Notes under the pieces: model-generated | The model's database searches: none | Told to the model about the DNA's origin: nothing | Seen by the model: the letters and a program-made list of their open reading frames with translations, nothing else | NCBI RefSeq assembly: GCF_006345805.1 | Contig: NC_043010.1 | Location: 52,514,001-52,578,000, forward strand | DNA: 64,000 bases | Direction of reading: 5' to 3' | DNA from: Octopus sinensis | Taxonomy: Eukaryota | Program-made: the position numbers and the translations under genes | Shown here: piece after piece, positions 1 through 10,682 of the stretch | How the letters are laid out: every line of letters starts with the position of its first letter | Numbering within the stretch: the first letter of the stretch is position 1

Positions 1-235
1 TTCCCAATCTGTTTCTCTCTTCTACGACTTCTTGTTCAATCATTTGTCCAGCGTTCCTTATCAGTTGCAGCCACTCCTTCTAACTTTCCCGACACCCATT
101 AATTTCTTGTGTTATCTTTTCCCCTGAAGAATGACTTTTCCCGAAATGTTAAATTTTCAAAACTCAACGTCAAGTTCACAATACTCTTATCAATTTTACA
201 ATGTGTGTGTGTGTGTCTATATGTGTGTACGTGAA

Positions 236-466
236 GGCGGTGAGCTGGCAGACACGTTAGCGCGCCGGACGAAATGCTTAGCGGTATTTCGTCTGTCGTT
301 ACGTTCTGAGTTCAAATTCCGCCGAGGTTAACTTTGCCTTTCATCCTTTCGGGGTCGATAAATAAAGTACCAGTTTCGCACTGGGGGCGATATAATCGAC
401 TCAATCCCTTCGTTTGTCCTTGTTTGTCCCCTCTATGTTTAGCCCCTTGTGGGCAGTAAAGAAATA
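236..466 (+). mobile_element. tRNA-derived SINE, family A (Deu/Nin-like central domain)
   Basis: Box A-like TGGCAGACACGTTAG and box B GAGTTCAAATTCC; body GCCTTTCATCCTTTCGGGGTCGATAAATAAAGTACCAG; tail TTTGTCCCCTCTATGTTTAGCCCCTTGTGGGCAGTAAAGAAA. Many copies in the window. The domain name is from recall and is not verified. Confidence 0.85.
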
Positions 467-574
467 TATATGTGTGTACGTGTGTGTGAGTGTGCGTGCA
501 CTTATGTATGTATGTGTATATGTATACAGGTGTAGGTGTGGCTGTGGACTGTGTAGTAAGAAGATTGTCTCTCA

Positions 575-1050
575 ACTACATGGCATCCTCGAAAATGATA
601 ATGCAAAGATCCTGTGGGATTTTATGATTCAGTGCGGCCATGAGATAGAGAATAGGAAGCCAGACATAGTCTTAATTGAGAAAGAAAACAAACAATGCTG
701 GATCATGGATATAGCATGCCCAACTGACAACAAGGTATGCGATAAGGAAGAAAGAACAGTCGATAGATATGACAGGTTAGCTTGGGAGGTAAAGCAGTTG
801 TGGTCGATGAAAAAGTGGTAGTGGTACCAAAAATTGTCGGAACCCTAGGAACAGTGACCAAAAATCTCGAGAAGTACATGGAACAAATAAGGGCTGCAAT
901 AAGCGCGGAGCACTTGCAGAAAACAGCACTGCTTGGAACCGCTCGAATACTCCGGAAGGAGCTCGAAAAATAAGAGGCATTACCTGAGTTCACTGGTAGT
1001 GAACAGCTGACACTGTAGTACATCTCTAGCGTTAGAAGCTGTGCAAAGGC

Positions 1051-1051
<1 letters not shown>
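575..1051 (+). mobile_element. 3' fragment of an R4/Dong-type RLE non-LTR retrotransposon
   Basis: Frameshifted ORFs 414-821 and 782-973 give ILWDFMIQ..RKPDIVLIEK..CWIMDIACP..K..RY and LQKTALLGTARILRK, a PD-(D/E)xK endonuclease C-terminus. Followed by a (TAA)n tail. Confidence 0.88.
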
Positions 1052-1145
<94 letters not shown>

Positions 1146-1175
1146 TAAAAAAAAAAAAAATAATAATAATAATAA
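1052..1175. repeat. (TAA)n microsatellite between two Dong-type 3' ends
   Basis: Direct reading of the sequence. Confidence 0.97.
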
Positions 1176-1179
1176 AGGA

Positions 1180-1526
1180 AAACTAAAATAATACCTGTTG
1201 TCATAGGTGCCCTGGGAATGATAGCGAAAGGGGCTGATTGCTACCTAACTCAGATACCAGGAAACCCACAAATGGCAGAAATTCAAAAGATAGTGCTCAT
1301 GGGAACTGCTCATATCCTACGCAAAATACTCTCTATGTAATCTCAGGGTTTAAAACAAACATAATTCGTTTTTTTTTGGGGACATTCACTAGTACAACAC
1401 CAAAAAAACAAAAACAAATATTTGGCACACAACAACAACATGAACTTCCAACCTGTTGTCTCTTGAGGTCTCTGGGTGAGACTTGGAGCCAACTTATACA
1501 AATATAAAGCAAAAGTCAAACATAGA
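1180..1526 (+). mobile_element. 3' end of the same Dong-type family as 23303-27126
   Basis: Near-identical to 26752-27126 (ATACCTGTTGTCATAGGTGCCCTGGGAATG...AAAGTCAAACATAG), followed by (TAA)n. Confidence 0.92.
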
Positions 1527-1715
1527 ATAATAATAATAATAATAATAGCAACAATAACAGATGAATTGTAGTTCACTACAGCTGTTTCAGACGTGTTTTT
1601 GTATTTATGTGTTGCATCAAGCAAAAGAGAATCCATTTTTCTTTAGGTGCATACAAGCGAGAATTAACAATTCCCAATTCACTATTCAAAAAGCTGGTTC
1701 TCCCGAATCCTGGAA

Positions 1716-1758
<43 letters not shown>

Positions 1759-1813
1759 ACATATTGTCTCATACATATACATTCTTACAAATTAAACTAT
1801 AAAGGACGCTCAC

Positions 1814-1885
1814 CGTGTGGGTTCATGTGAACTGATCGGTGAATTGTTCCACTTTTCTCTCTGAGTCACTGCCTGGGTATTTATA
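1814..1885 (-). promoter_or_regulatory. Possible TATA box and short first exon of a leftward gene
   Basis: Minus strand reads TATAAATA (1878-1885), then TGACTCA, then a donor-like CG|GTGAGC at 1814/1813. Motif evidence only. Confidence 0.25.
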
Positions 1886-2050
1886 GCACACTTTGTGTGT
1901 GGAACAAGACAGATAAAGAGACTGTTGATCCGTGCAAATCGGAGAAAGAAAACATCAACTCAATTTTTCTTGAGATTGTTCGTGGCGAAATGTACTAATC
2001 TTTAAAATAAAAAGAAGCTTTGCAGTTTATATTTAACATACTGTTAGGTT

Positions 2051-2583
2051 GTGACGTATATTTGCCATTTAAATATGGCTAACCCCTAAGGGTGGATGCT
2101 ACTGTAGTTTGTAGCCCCAGGAGGACACCTTCTCCAGCTGGCTATAGACACACTTTCTGTGCCCTATCAGTATTTGCAAAGGGAAGCCATCCTTCCCTTC
2201 TTCAACTTACGATACACACGGACTCGAGTTTCTGAGTATTGACCCGTCATCGGCGTGTGACAATCACAATTGTCGATGAAAAGTAGGTTCCCTTCACAAA
2301 TATATATCCTTTATACTGGAAAAAGGATATGTATTTGTGAAGGGAACCTACTTTTCATCGACAACTGTGATTGTCACACGCCGATGACGGGTCAATACCC
2401 AGAAACTCGAGTCCATGTGTATCATAAGTTGAAGACGGGAAGGATGGCTTCCCTTTGCAAATACTGATAGGGCACAGAAAGTGTGTCTATAGCCAACTGG
2501 AGGAGGTGTCCTCCTGGGGATACAAACTACAGTAGCATCCACCCTTAGGGGTTAGCCATATTTAAATGGCAAATATACGTCAC
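2051..2583. mobile_element. 533-bp foldback element (near-perfect palindrome)
   Basis: Arms 2051-2312 and 2322-2583 are reverse complements with 9 mismatches counted by eye; loop about 9 nt. Confidence 0.9.
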
Positions 2584-2629
2584 GATGTGTTGCAGCTACT
2601 GTTTATAACTCGCTCTAAGATTTATTATA

Positions 2630-3906
2630 CTGTTTGGTTGTTTCACATGAAATGTCATATTTGAAAAGTAACAATAAAGCGTTTCATAAGTATTAGAGAA
2701 CTGATTTATTTAATCAAAGTATGATCCATGTTCATTTATGATGTTTACCCAATGTTTCTCTATGTCACATATTCCATCTTTAAAAACAAATTCATCTTTT
2801 GCCGTGATAAACTGTCCGAATGCTTCAATTACCTCTTCTCTACTTAAGAATGTTTTATTACTCATGAAAAGCTCATAATGCTTAAATAAGTGATAATCAG
2901 TAGGAGAGTTATTAGAGGAATAAAGAGGATGTTGCAAGATCTTATAATTCGAGTTTTGCAACTTTTATACCGTAGCTTGAGGAGTGTGGGGACGTGCTTT
3001 GCCGTTGAGCAAAAGTGGACCATCTCTATTCACTAGTCTTGATTGCTTCTTTTTCAAATTCTCATGCATACAATCAATTTCCTGGCAATACGATGTTGCT
3101 GTTACCGTTTTTCCTTGTTGCAAAAATGAATAATGAATAACTCCCTTCGCAGACCACCATACAGTGACCACTAACATTTTAGGGTGCAATGGTGGGTTTG
3201 TGTATTGTTTTGGTGACCCTTTTGCATCAAATCACTGTCCTGTTCTCCTGCAGTTGTCAAAGAGTACCCATTTCTCATCACAAGTAATGATTTGATGCAA
3301 AAATGGTCTTTTTCCAGTAGAGAAAGCAATAAGGAGCACACTTCGAGGCATCTGTCTTTTTTTTTTTTGTTTTTAATCTTCTTCAGTTGATGCGGAACAA
3401 ACCTAACCGTTTTTTTTTTTGTTTTTTTTTTACGTTTCCAATGTTTTACAGGTGTCCGAAAACAGTTGTGCGAGATGTTTGGAGTTCTGATGAAAGTTTT
3501 CGAACCTTTGTTCTTGGATTTTGTTCAAGCAAAGCATCTAATCCACCATGCCGAATAACTGATTTTGGCCTACCCCTTGGTTTATTTTCAAGGCTATCAT
3601 CTCCTGAAGGAGAGCTTTGGAACCACCTCTGAACAGATCTGATGTCAACAAAACCATTACCAAAGGCCTGCTTGATATTCCATTGAGGCTTCTGCGGCAG
3701 AGTGACTCAGTTTGTACCCTTACGAGAAAATCACTCAACATAGTTTGGTTGTTATCATTTTCCTGTGGGTACGAATTTTGTATACCAATATTGTTGGGAA
3801 AGAAAAAGAGTCAAGATTGAATGCAAGGTATACGTAATTGAGTTTTCAAATAACTGAAATAACAAGTAATTAAAAATGCGACACTTCATATGAAACAACC
3901 TAACAT
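2630..3906 (-). mobile_element. Decayed full-length mariner transposon (~1.28 kb)
   Basis: TIR CTGTTTGGTTGTTTCACATGAAATGTC matches the reverse complement of the right end; TA on both flanks. Transposase remnants VTVWWSAKGVIHY..NGKARPH and HPLYSSNNSPTDYHLF..GSYFD. Confidence 0.9.
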
Positions 3907-4052
3907 TACAAAACAAAATGGCATAAAATTAAGCAACTAAATTTCAGATTCATTTTAACGTGCTTTTAAATTTCGTGTTGACAACGAATATCAGTGAGGA
4001 TAAGAACATGTATGCATGTATGTACATTTTTACGTAAGTATATTAGTATGTA

Positions 4053-4334
4053 GAGGCGCAACGGCCCAGTGGTTAGGGCAGCGGACTCGCGGTTTCGATT
4101 CCCAGACCGGGCGTTGTGAGTGTTTATTGAGTGAAAACACCTAAAAAGCTCCCTGAGGCTCCGGCAGGGGGTGGTGATCCCTGCTGTACTCTTTCACCAC
4201 TCTTTCTCTCACTCTTTCTTCTGTTGGCCTGCTCGCTTAGCCAGCGGGATGGCGTCATTCGAAGGCTAAAACAATGCGAACGCATTGTGACCAGCGATGT
4301 GTAGCAACGTCTGGTCGGTCTCGTGATCACGTGA
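4053..4334 (+). mobile_element. tRNA-derived SINE, family C, with 12-bp TSD
   Basis: Head GGCGCAACGGCCCAGTGGTTAGGGC..GGTTTCGATTCC; flanked by TATTAGTATGTA at 4041-4052 and 4335-4346. Second copy at 56268-56568. Confidence 0.88.
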
Positions 4335-4382
4335 TATTAGTATGTATATGTGTATATGATTACATTTTACTCAGCCTTATAA

Positions 4383-4900
4383 TTTGTGATGAAGAGTGGA
4401 TTCTGTACAATAATAAAAACATTCTTTGCAGTGGTTGGACTAAAATGAAGCACTCAAAACCTTCCCTGAACCTGAGCTCTTCAAAAAGAAAATGACTGTT
4501 TTGTGGTGTACTGCTGGACTCATCCACTATAACTTCTTAAAACTCGGAAAAACTATTATTGCAGAAACATATCATCATGAAATTGCCAAAATGCTACTCC
4601 TGCTTCTCAGACTGGTCAACAAAAAAGGGCCAATCATTCTTCATGACAATGCTCGACCACTTCAGAAGTTGAGAGAACCATGAAGTTCTTCCCCACCAGC
4701 TTATTCCCCAGACCTTTCTCCTACCGACTACCACATTTTCAAGTATCTCGATAGTTTCCTGCGAGAGAAGAAATTCAAAAATAAATAAAAAGGCTGAAAG
4801 TGTGTTCAAAGAGTTCATCAGTTCCAGAACTCCAGATTTTTATGTTACCGGAATAAACAAACTTTAACTCGTTGGCAAAAATATGCTGATTGTAATGGTA
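4383..4900 (+). mobile_element. Mariner transposase pseudogene fragment
   Basis: CDEEWILYNN, VLWCTAGLIHYNFL, ILHDNARP and PDLSPTDYHIFKYL motifs across frameshifts. Confidence 0.85.
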
Positions 4901-4902
4901 CT

Positions 4903-5200
4903 TCAGCGGACTCGCGATCGGATGATCGCGGTTTCGATTCCCAGACCGAGCGTTGTGTGTGTTTATTGAGCGAAAACACCTAAAAGCTCCACGAGGTTCT
5001 GACAGGGGGTGGTAGCGACCCCTGTTGTACTTTTTCGCCACAACTTTCTCTCACCCTCTCTTCCTGTTTCTTGAGTAACGCTACGATGGACTGGCGTCCC
5101 GTCCAGCTGGGGGGGGGGCACTTACGTCATAGAAACCAGGAAACCGGGCCCATGAGCCTGGCTAGGCTTGAAAAGGGGGCATTTTTAATGGTACTTCCTT
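4903..5200 (+). mobile_element. SINE with a family-C head and a V-domain-like body
   Basis: 4903-5060 matches the family C head; it continues with CGATGGACTGGCGTCCCGTCCAG, which resembles the V-SINE central domain. Confidence 0.7.
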
Positions 5201-5547
5201 TGATGAATAAAATTTCCGCATTGTTGAAATATATTGTGATGTATGTTTCAAAATGTTGATTACATTTTACTCAGCCTTATATATATATATAATATATATA
5301 TATATACGACTGGATTCTTTCAGTTTCCGTTTACCAAATTCACTCACACTGCTTTAAATGTGGTTACCCATGTAATGACGGGTTTTTTTTCTCTTTTTAC
5401 TATATAACGTTAATGAATTGATTATGGTAGAATTAACGTGAAGTATATATTCTGTGAAATATGGTCTGATTTAGCAGGCTCTTTGCGTTACTACCCGGGG
5501 AGTATCCACTTACAGGTATTACTGAAATGATACTGATGCAGTGTAAT

Positions 5548-5890
5548 ATATATTTTGCTTGTTTCAATCATTAGATTACGGTCAAGCTGGGGCACCGCCT
5601 CGGAGACTTTTAATCGAATGAATCGAACACAGCACGGTTTTCATTTGTTACGGGGACGTAAACACATCAACACCAGCGGTCAAGCGATGGTTGAAGACAA
5701 ACACACACACACACACACACACGCACACACATATATGCGGCGAGATTCTTTCTGTTTCTATCTTCCAAATCCCTCACAAGTCTTTGGTTGGCTTGAGGCT
5801 ATCATAAAAGACACTTGCACAAGCTACCACCTATTGGGACTGAACCCGAAACCATGTGATTGGGAAGCAAGCTTCTTGCCACACAGCCAC
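5548..5890 (-). mobile_element. Degenerate SINE, family B (CORE-like)
   Basis: Diverged match to 11317-11753. Confidence 0.8.
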
Positions 5891-6181
5891 ATAGTGTTTT
5901 ATGTATTTAATATTCCGGCAATTTTGATCATTTTGCGTTGAGTTTGCAGTTTGAATTACTTTAACCAAATTTTAGCAGGCCGGATTTTTGATCATCACGA
6001 TACATCGCCAGCGACTCCCTGAAACTCTCCCCTGAAATCCCCGTTGAGAAATCTATATATATATTACTCAACTTATGTGTTTGTGTGTGTATCTGTGTGT
6101 GTGTCTGTGTGTGTGTCTGTGTGCTTAACGTTTGGATCTACCAAGTTTCATTATTAAAGATGGAAAGTAGTGTGTAGCAAA

Positions 6182-6570
6182 TCTATATATATAAAGCTGA
6201 AGTTGTCTGTGTGTGGCAGGTTTGGTAGCCTTCAACTAACACTATCTCCTTCGAGACCCTGCAGCGCAAGTTGACCAAAATTGAGAGTATGATAGAGGAA
6301 GGCTTGCTAGTCATTCTGTAGAAGATAAAATTCAAATCGGACCATGTTAACACCAAAAATTATTTACATCAAAAAGTTGCTTTTTTTCTATGAAAATCCC
6401 TATTTTTTACGATTTTTGACTGTTGCGTCACCATTTTGCGGTGTATTTCAACTGGAAAAATGTTCACTTGAAGAGAATAACAAGTTGCATAATGCAAAAT
6501 TTTTACTTTTCAAAAATTCCAATTCTAAAGGGTCGAAACAAACCCGAGCAACACCGGGTAATACTGCTAG
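6182..6570 (+). mobile_element. Non-autonomous Helitron
   Basis: A^TC 5' end, subterminal hairpin ACCCGAGCAACACCGGGT, CTAG^T 3' end, no TSD. Another TC-start 5' fragment lies at 6052-6180. Confidence 0.85.
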
Positions 6571-6766
6571 TATACACACATATATATACATATATAATAT
6601 ATATATATATTATATACCTATATATATATATATTATATATACTATATAATATACATTAATATATATACATATATATCATATATATATATATAGATAATAC
6701 ATATAAATATTATATATATATATCATATCCATATATATATATATATCTAATATAATATCATCTATC

Positions 6767-6799
<33 letters not shown>

Positions 6800-6800
6800 G

Positions 6801-6900
6801 NNNNNNNNNNNNNNNNNNNNNNNNNNNNNNNNNNNNNNNNNNNNNNNNNNNNNNNNNNNNNNNNNNNNNNNNNNNNNNNNNNNNNNNNNNNNNNNNNNNN
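6801..6900. other. Assembly gap (100 N) inside a (TA)n tract
   Basis: Direct reading. Confidence 1.
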
Positions 6901-6956
<56 letters not shown>

Positions 6957-7277
6957 TATATGTGTGTGTATGTATGTACTATATAGTATACTTACCAGTT
7001 TACGAGTTTTATTTATAATAAATATAAAAAGGTTAAACATTCATCTTGTGTGCGTGACAACGCCGCAACATGTGGTAACACTGGTTCTGACGCGTCAGCA
7101 CAGCGACGGAGTAAAATGACGGTATAAAGTTTTATTGCTACTATATGAAATTGTTGCTGTTTTACGAGTTTTCTCTTTACGAGCGATCTCTGGGAACAAA
7201 TCAACTCGTATATCGAGGCATTACTGTAGTTATTACTAGATATTCGATTTATTTATTAATATACTATTTCTAGCAAA

Positions 7278-7650
7278 TACTCTTTTACTCTTTTACTTGT
7301 TTCAGTCATTTGACTGCGGCCATGCTGGAGCACCGCCTTTAATCGAGCAACTCGACCCCGAGACTTATTCTTTTTGTAAGACCAGTACTTATTCTATCGG
7401 CCTCTTTTGCCGAACCGCTAAGTAACGGGGACGTAAACACACCAGCATCGGTTGTCAAGCAATGCTAGGGTGACAAACACAAACACACACACATATATAT
7501 ATATACATATATGACAGGCTTCTTTCAGTTTCCGTGTACCAAATCCACTCACAAGGCATTGGTCGGCCCGGGGCTATAGCAGAAGACACTTGCCCAAGAT
7601 GCCACGCAGTGGGACTGAACCCGGTACCAAGTGGTTGGTAAGCAAGCTAC
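7278..7650 (-). mobile_element. SINE family B body; its head is displaced to 9926-9958 by an insertion
   Basis: Matches other B copies but stops at GTAGCTTGCTTACCA; the missing GGAGTGGCTGTGTGGTAA head is at 9940-9958. Confidence 0.92.
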
Positions 7651-7953
7651 TTTATTTCAATTTATTTGCCACTTAGGGCATAACACAGAGGTAGCAGTAG
7701 CTCCGGGCTGGACACGGACATTAATGGATGATGGTGGTGGTGGATGAAGATGGTGATGGGAGAAGTCAGAAAGCGCCCGTCGACTTTTGCTTCTCTAAAA
7801 CAATGTTCTTTTTTTTCAATGGTTTACAATGTTTTAAAATTTACAAAAAATTCCACAAAATTCAAAAATTTCAAAAAATTCCACAAAATATTCCAATTTA
7901 CAATTGAAAGTCTCTTCAGAGGCAACAAACCTCTGTTACAATATAACACAATT

Positions 7954-9144
7954 TCACGTCACCCGACCGACGAACTCTCTTGCCTTGGTGACGCAATCGT
8001 CCGTCGTCAGGTTTCCGCACACAGGTAAGACTTGCAAGAGATCCTCCGGGAAAGAATTCTCGATCCTGCACATATCATTTTCGAGTAGGACCTCCGCAGC
8101 AAGCTGCGAGGGCCACTCTGGATACTCCATGCAGGACCGAAGTCCCTCCCATTGGTTTCTCTTCCTCATCTTACCTATTTCGTTCTGTACTATTCCTCCT
8201 TTGTAAAAGAGGACCACATAAAATTTCTCCGGCATCACCGTTGCCGGAGAACACTTGGGAGTCGCCATCCGCAAATTACTATCCGCTGGTGGCGTCCCGT
8301 TCCTCTTTTTCTTCTTTTTACGCCGGGCCTCGGGAGGTTGAGGCTCCAGTGCTGTACGCACCGGGTCCTCTTTTTCTTCCGAAGCCTCCGGTTTCTTTGT
8401 TGGGTCGCCATTGCTCCCCACCTTTCTCTTTCTTTTGGAGGAGGATTTTTCCCCCTCCTCACTTTGTTTCTCTCCCTCCACTGGTGGGGCAGGGAGAGGC
8501 TCTGATATTAGCTCCTCCAGGATCCTACCTTGGTTCCTGGGGCAGCTCTTCTTGATGTGGCCGGTTTCCGAACACAGGTGACACTTGGGGGCGCGTCCCT
8601 CAAGCATCACCGGATACTTGGATCCGGCCATCTTCAAGAAGTCTGGCAAAACCAGACTCTTGGCCGACTGGGTCCACAGAGTCAAAGTGGCCTTTGACCC
8701 TTCCCAGTTAGCCGCAGGCTGAATTTTCACGTTTAGGATCTTGGCGCTACCACCACTCAGACCCCGGCGGATGGAATCTTCCACCCACTCGGGCTCAAAG
8801 CCGGGCGGCAGGCCACAGACCCACAAACGTAACAATTTTCCCCCCTTGTAACTGGGGAGAAACAGAATTTCATCGCTCTCAATTGGCTGGCTTGCAAATT
8901 TGCAAGCTGCTTCGGCGGAGTCAAATAGCAACCATACCGTTGCGTATTTGACTCCCCGTTGAATATGTTTAACAGCTGGCATATAATCTGCCAGCTCGTT
9001 CACAATGGTATCTCTTGGAAAAACCATTATGGTGTCGAGTGACTTTGAAAATGTTCTCAGCACCACGGTTCTTTCCTCGAGTTCGTGTAAATATTTTTTG
9101 GGAGGTGTTAACTCCCACACAGTAAAATTCTTTGCCTTTGCCAT
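7954..9144 (-). CDS. LINE ORF1p/gag-like nucleic-acid-binding protein, 396 aa
   Basis: Uninterrupted ORF with a CX2CX4HX4C knuckle (CHLCSETGHIKKSC), an N-terminal region that looks RRM-like, and basic runs KRKRK and RRKKKKKR. Confidence 0.85.
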   Translation of the reverse strand: MAKAKNFTVWELTPPKKYLHELEERTVVLRTFSKSLDTIMVFPRDTIVNELADYMPAVKHIQRGVKYATVWLLFDSAEAACKFASQPIESDEILFLPSYKGGKLLRLWVCGLPPGFEPEWVEDSIRRGLSGGSAKILNVKIQPAANWEGSKATLTLWTQSAKSLVLPDFLKMAGSKYPVMLEGRAPKCHLCSETGHIKKSCPRNQGRILEELISEPLPAPPVEGEKQSEEGEKSSSKRKRKVGSNGDPTKKPEASEEKEDPVRTALEPQPPEARRKKKKKRNGTPPADSNLRMATPKCSPATVMPEKFYVVLFYKGGIVQNEIGKMRKRNQWEGLRSCMEYPEWPSQLAAEVLLENDMCRIENSFPEDLLQVLPVCGNLTTDDCVTKAREFVGRVT

Positions 9145-9500
9145 AACGTAAAATACAATAGTTCAAAATGATAAACTAAAATTAGCCACAGAAAGGAGAA
9201 TGAAAAATGCAACAAAAGGGAAGAAATAAAATTTAAAATGGCAGTTCAAAAAAAGTTTTTACAAATAAATAATAGACAGAGGAAGAGAGTTCAAATCAGG
9301 CAAAGGAATTCAGTTTTCTTTTTTTTTTTTTTTTTTTTTTTCACACTTCTTCGGCCAAAATGGTAATCCAGGCCAAATGCACTTGATAAACCTTGGTAAA
9401 TAATCCTTGGTAAAACCCTTGGTAAATAATCCTTGGTAATCCGTGGACACACAATGACAATTTCAAAATAATTTTTCCAGACGGACTAAGCCACTTCAAA

Positions 9501-9896
9501 AATACAATTTCTTTCCACTCGACACAGACAGAAAAATTATATCTGGAGCAAAGTGGAGCCCTATTACTTGCTAAAAATTTTAAATGCTAAAAAACATTCA
9601 TGCAAGCAATAAAACTTCACTTCGCTCGCAAAAACACAAAATTCCTACCCGTGGTCGAGACGAAAGTTCAGCAATTTACGTTGAAACAACGCGACATCAA
9701 TACAATTTCTTTTCGCTCGACACAGGCAGAAAAACTATATCTGGAGCAAAGTGGAGCCCTATTACTTGCTAAAATATATTTAATGCTAAAAAACATTAAT
9801 GCAAGCAATAAGACTTCACTAAACTCCCAAAAATACAAAGTTCCTACCTTTAGTCGAGACGAAAGTTCAACAATTCACGTTGAAACAACGCGACAT
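9501..9896 (-). repeat. Two 198-bp tandem monomers in the 5' UTR of the ORF1-only element
   Basis: Units start AATACAATTTCTTT at 9501 and 9699 and both end GAAACAACGCGACAT. Confidence 0.92.
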
Positions 9897-9958
9897 TTGC
9901 CGGAGCAAAAAACAACACGTCTGTATGGTAAGAAGCTACTTACCACACAGCCACTCCT

Positions 9959-10245
9959 TTATTTTTTCACCGCTGTCTAAAACTAATTGACTTTTGACCT
10001 TTGAAGAAGGAGGTGCAGTGGGAGGCAGCTATGACAAGGGTGGTAGCTGTCATGCAGAATCTGTCGTCTGCTTTAGTGAATACGCTCGTGAAACAAAGTT
10101 TTTATTTTATATTATTTATTTATTTATTTTTCACCGATGTCTAAAACTAATTGACCTTTGACCTCTGAAGAAGGAGGTGCAGTGGGAGGCAGCTATGACA
10201 AGCGTGGTAGCTGTCATGCAGAATCTGTCGTCTGCCTCAGTGAAT
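9959..10245. repeat. ~122-bp direct duplication
   Basis: 9959-10081 and 10124-10245 share TCACCG(C/A)TGTCTAAAACTAATTGAC...GCAGAATCTGTCGTCTGC. Confidence 0.85.
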
Positions 10246-10401
10246 TGCTTTTCTCCTTCCATAGACGCTGGACAACGCATGCAGATATGGCGCAGTACAA
10301 TAGTGAGACTGTGAGAAGTGCTGATATGAAATGCAACAAAAATCTCCCTCAACACCAACAACAATGGCAACAACAGAAACTAAGAACCAAGAAGAAAAAT
10401 A

Positions 10402-10682
10402 GGATCTTTTCCTTTTGAACGGCAGTTTTCAACACAATTTTAAACTTCGTATACTGGTAGAATGTGTTTATAAAACATCATTTTTTCTTGGCTTTATTGA
10501 GAAAATTCGGATCTTTTCCTTTTGAACGGCAGTTTTCAACACAATTTCTATATAGAATTTTCTCAATAAAGCCAAGAAAAAAATGATGTTTTATAAACAC
10601 ATTCTACCGGTATACGAAGTTTTAAAGTGTTTAGTTAACTAGAAATTGTGTTGAAAACTGCCGTTCAAAAGGAAAAGATCCG
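10402..10682. mobile_element. MITE with (C)GGATCTTTTCCTTTTGAACGGCAG TIRs plus a partial duplicate
   Basis: TIR pair bounds 10508-10682; a partial copy lies at 10402-10507. Relatives at 22370-22501 and 55937-56090. Confidence 0.8.

Larger units (their letters stand above)
7651..9925 (-). mobile_element. ORF1-only non-autonomous retroelement (HAL1/half-LINE-like, probably Tx1/L1-derived)
   Basis: TSD TGGTAAG(C)AAGCTAC at 7636-7650 and 9926-9939; one long ORF; ~300-nt 3' UTR ending AATAAATTGAAATAAA; no RT or endonuclease sequence. Confidence 0.85.

Noticed and set aside
236-325. SINE heads as tRNA genes
   Set aside because: Box A and box B are present, but there is no complete cloverleaf and each continues into a SINE body.
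8152-8555. ORFs overlapping the 396-aa ORF
   Set aside because: Shadow frames of a GC-rich coding region.
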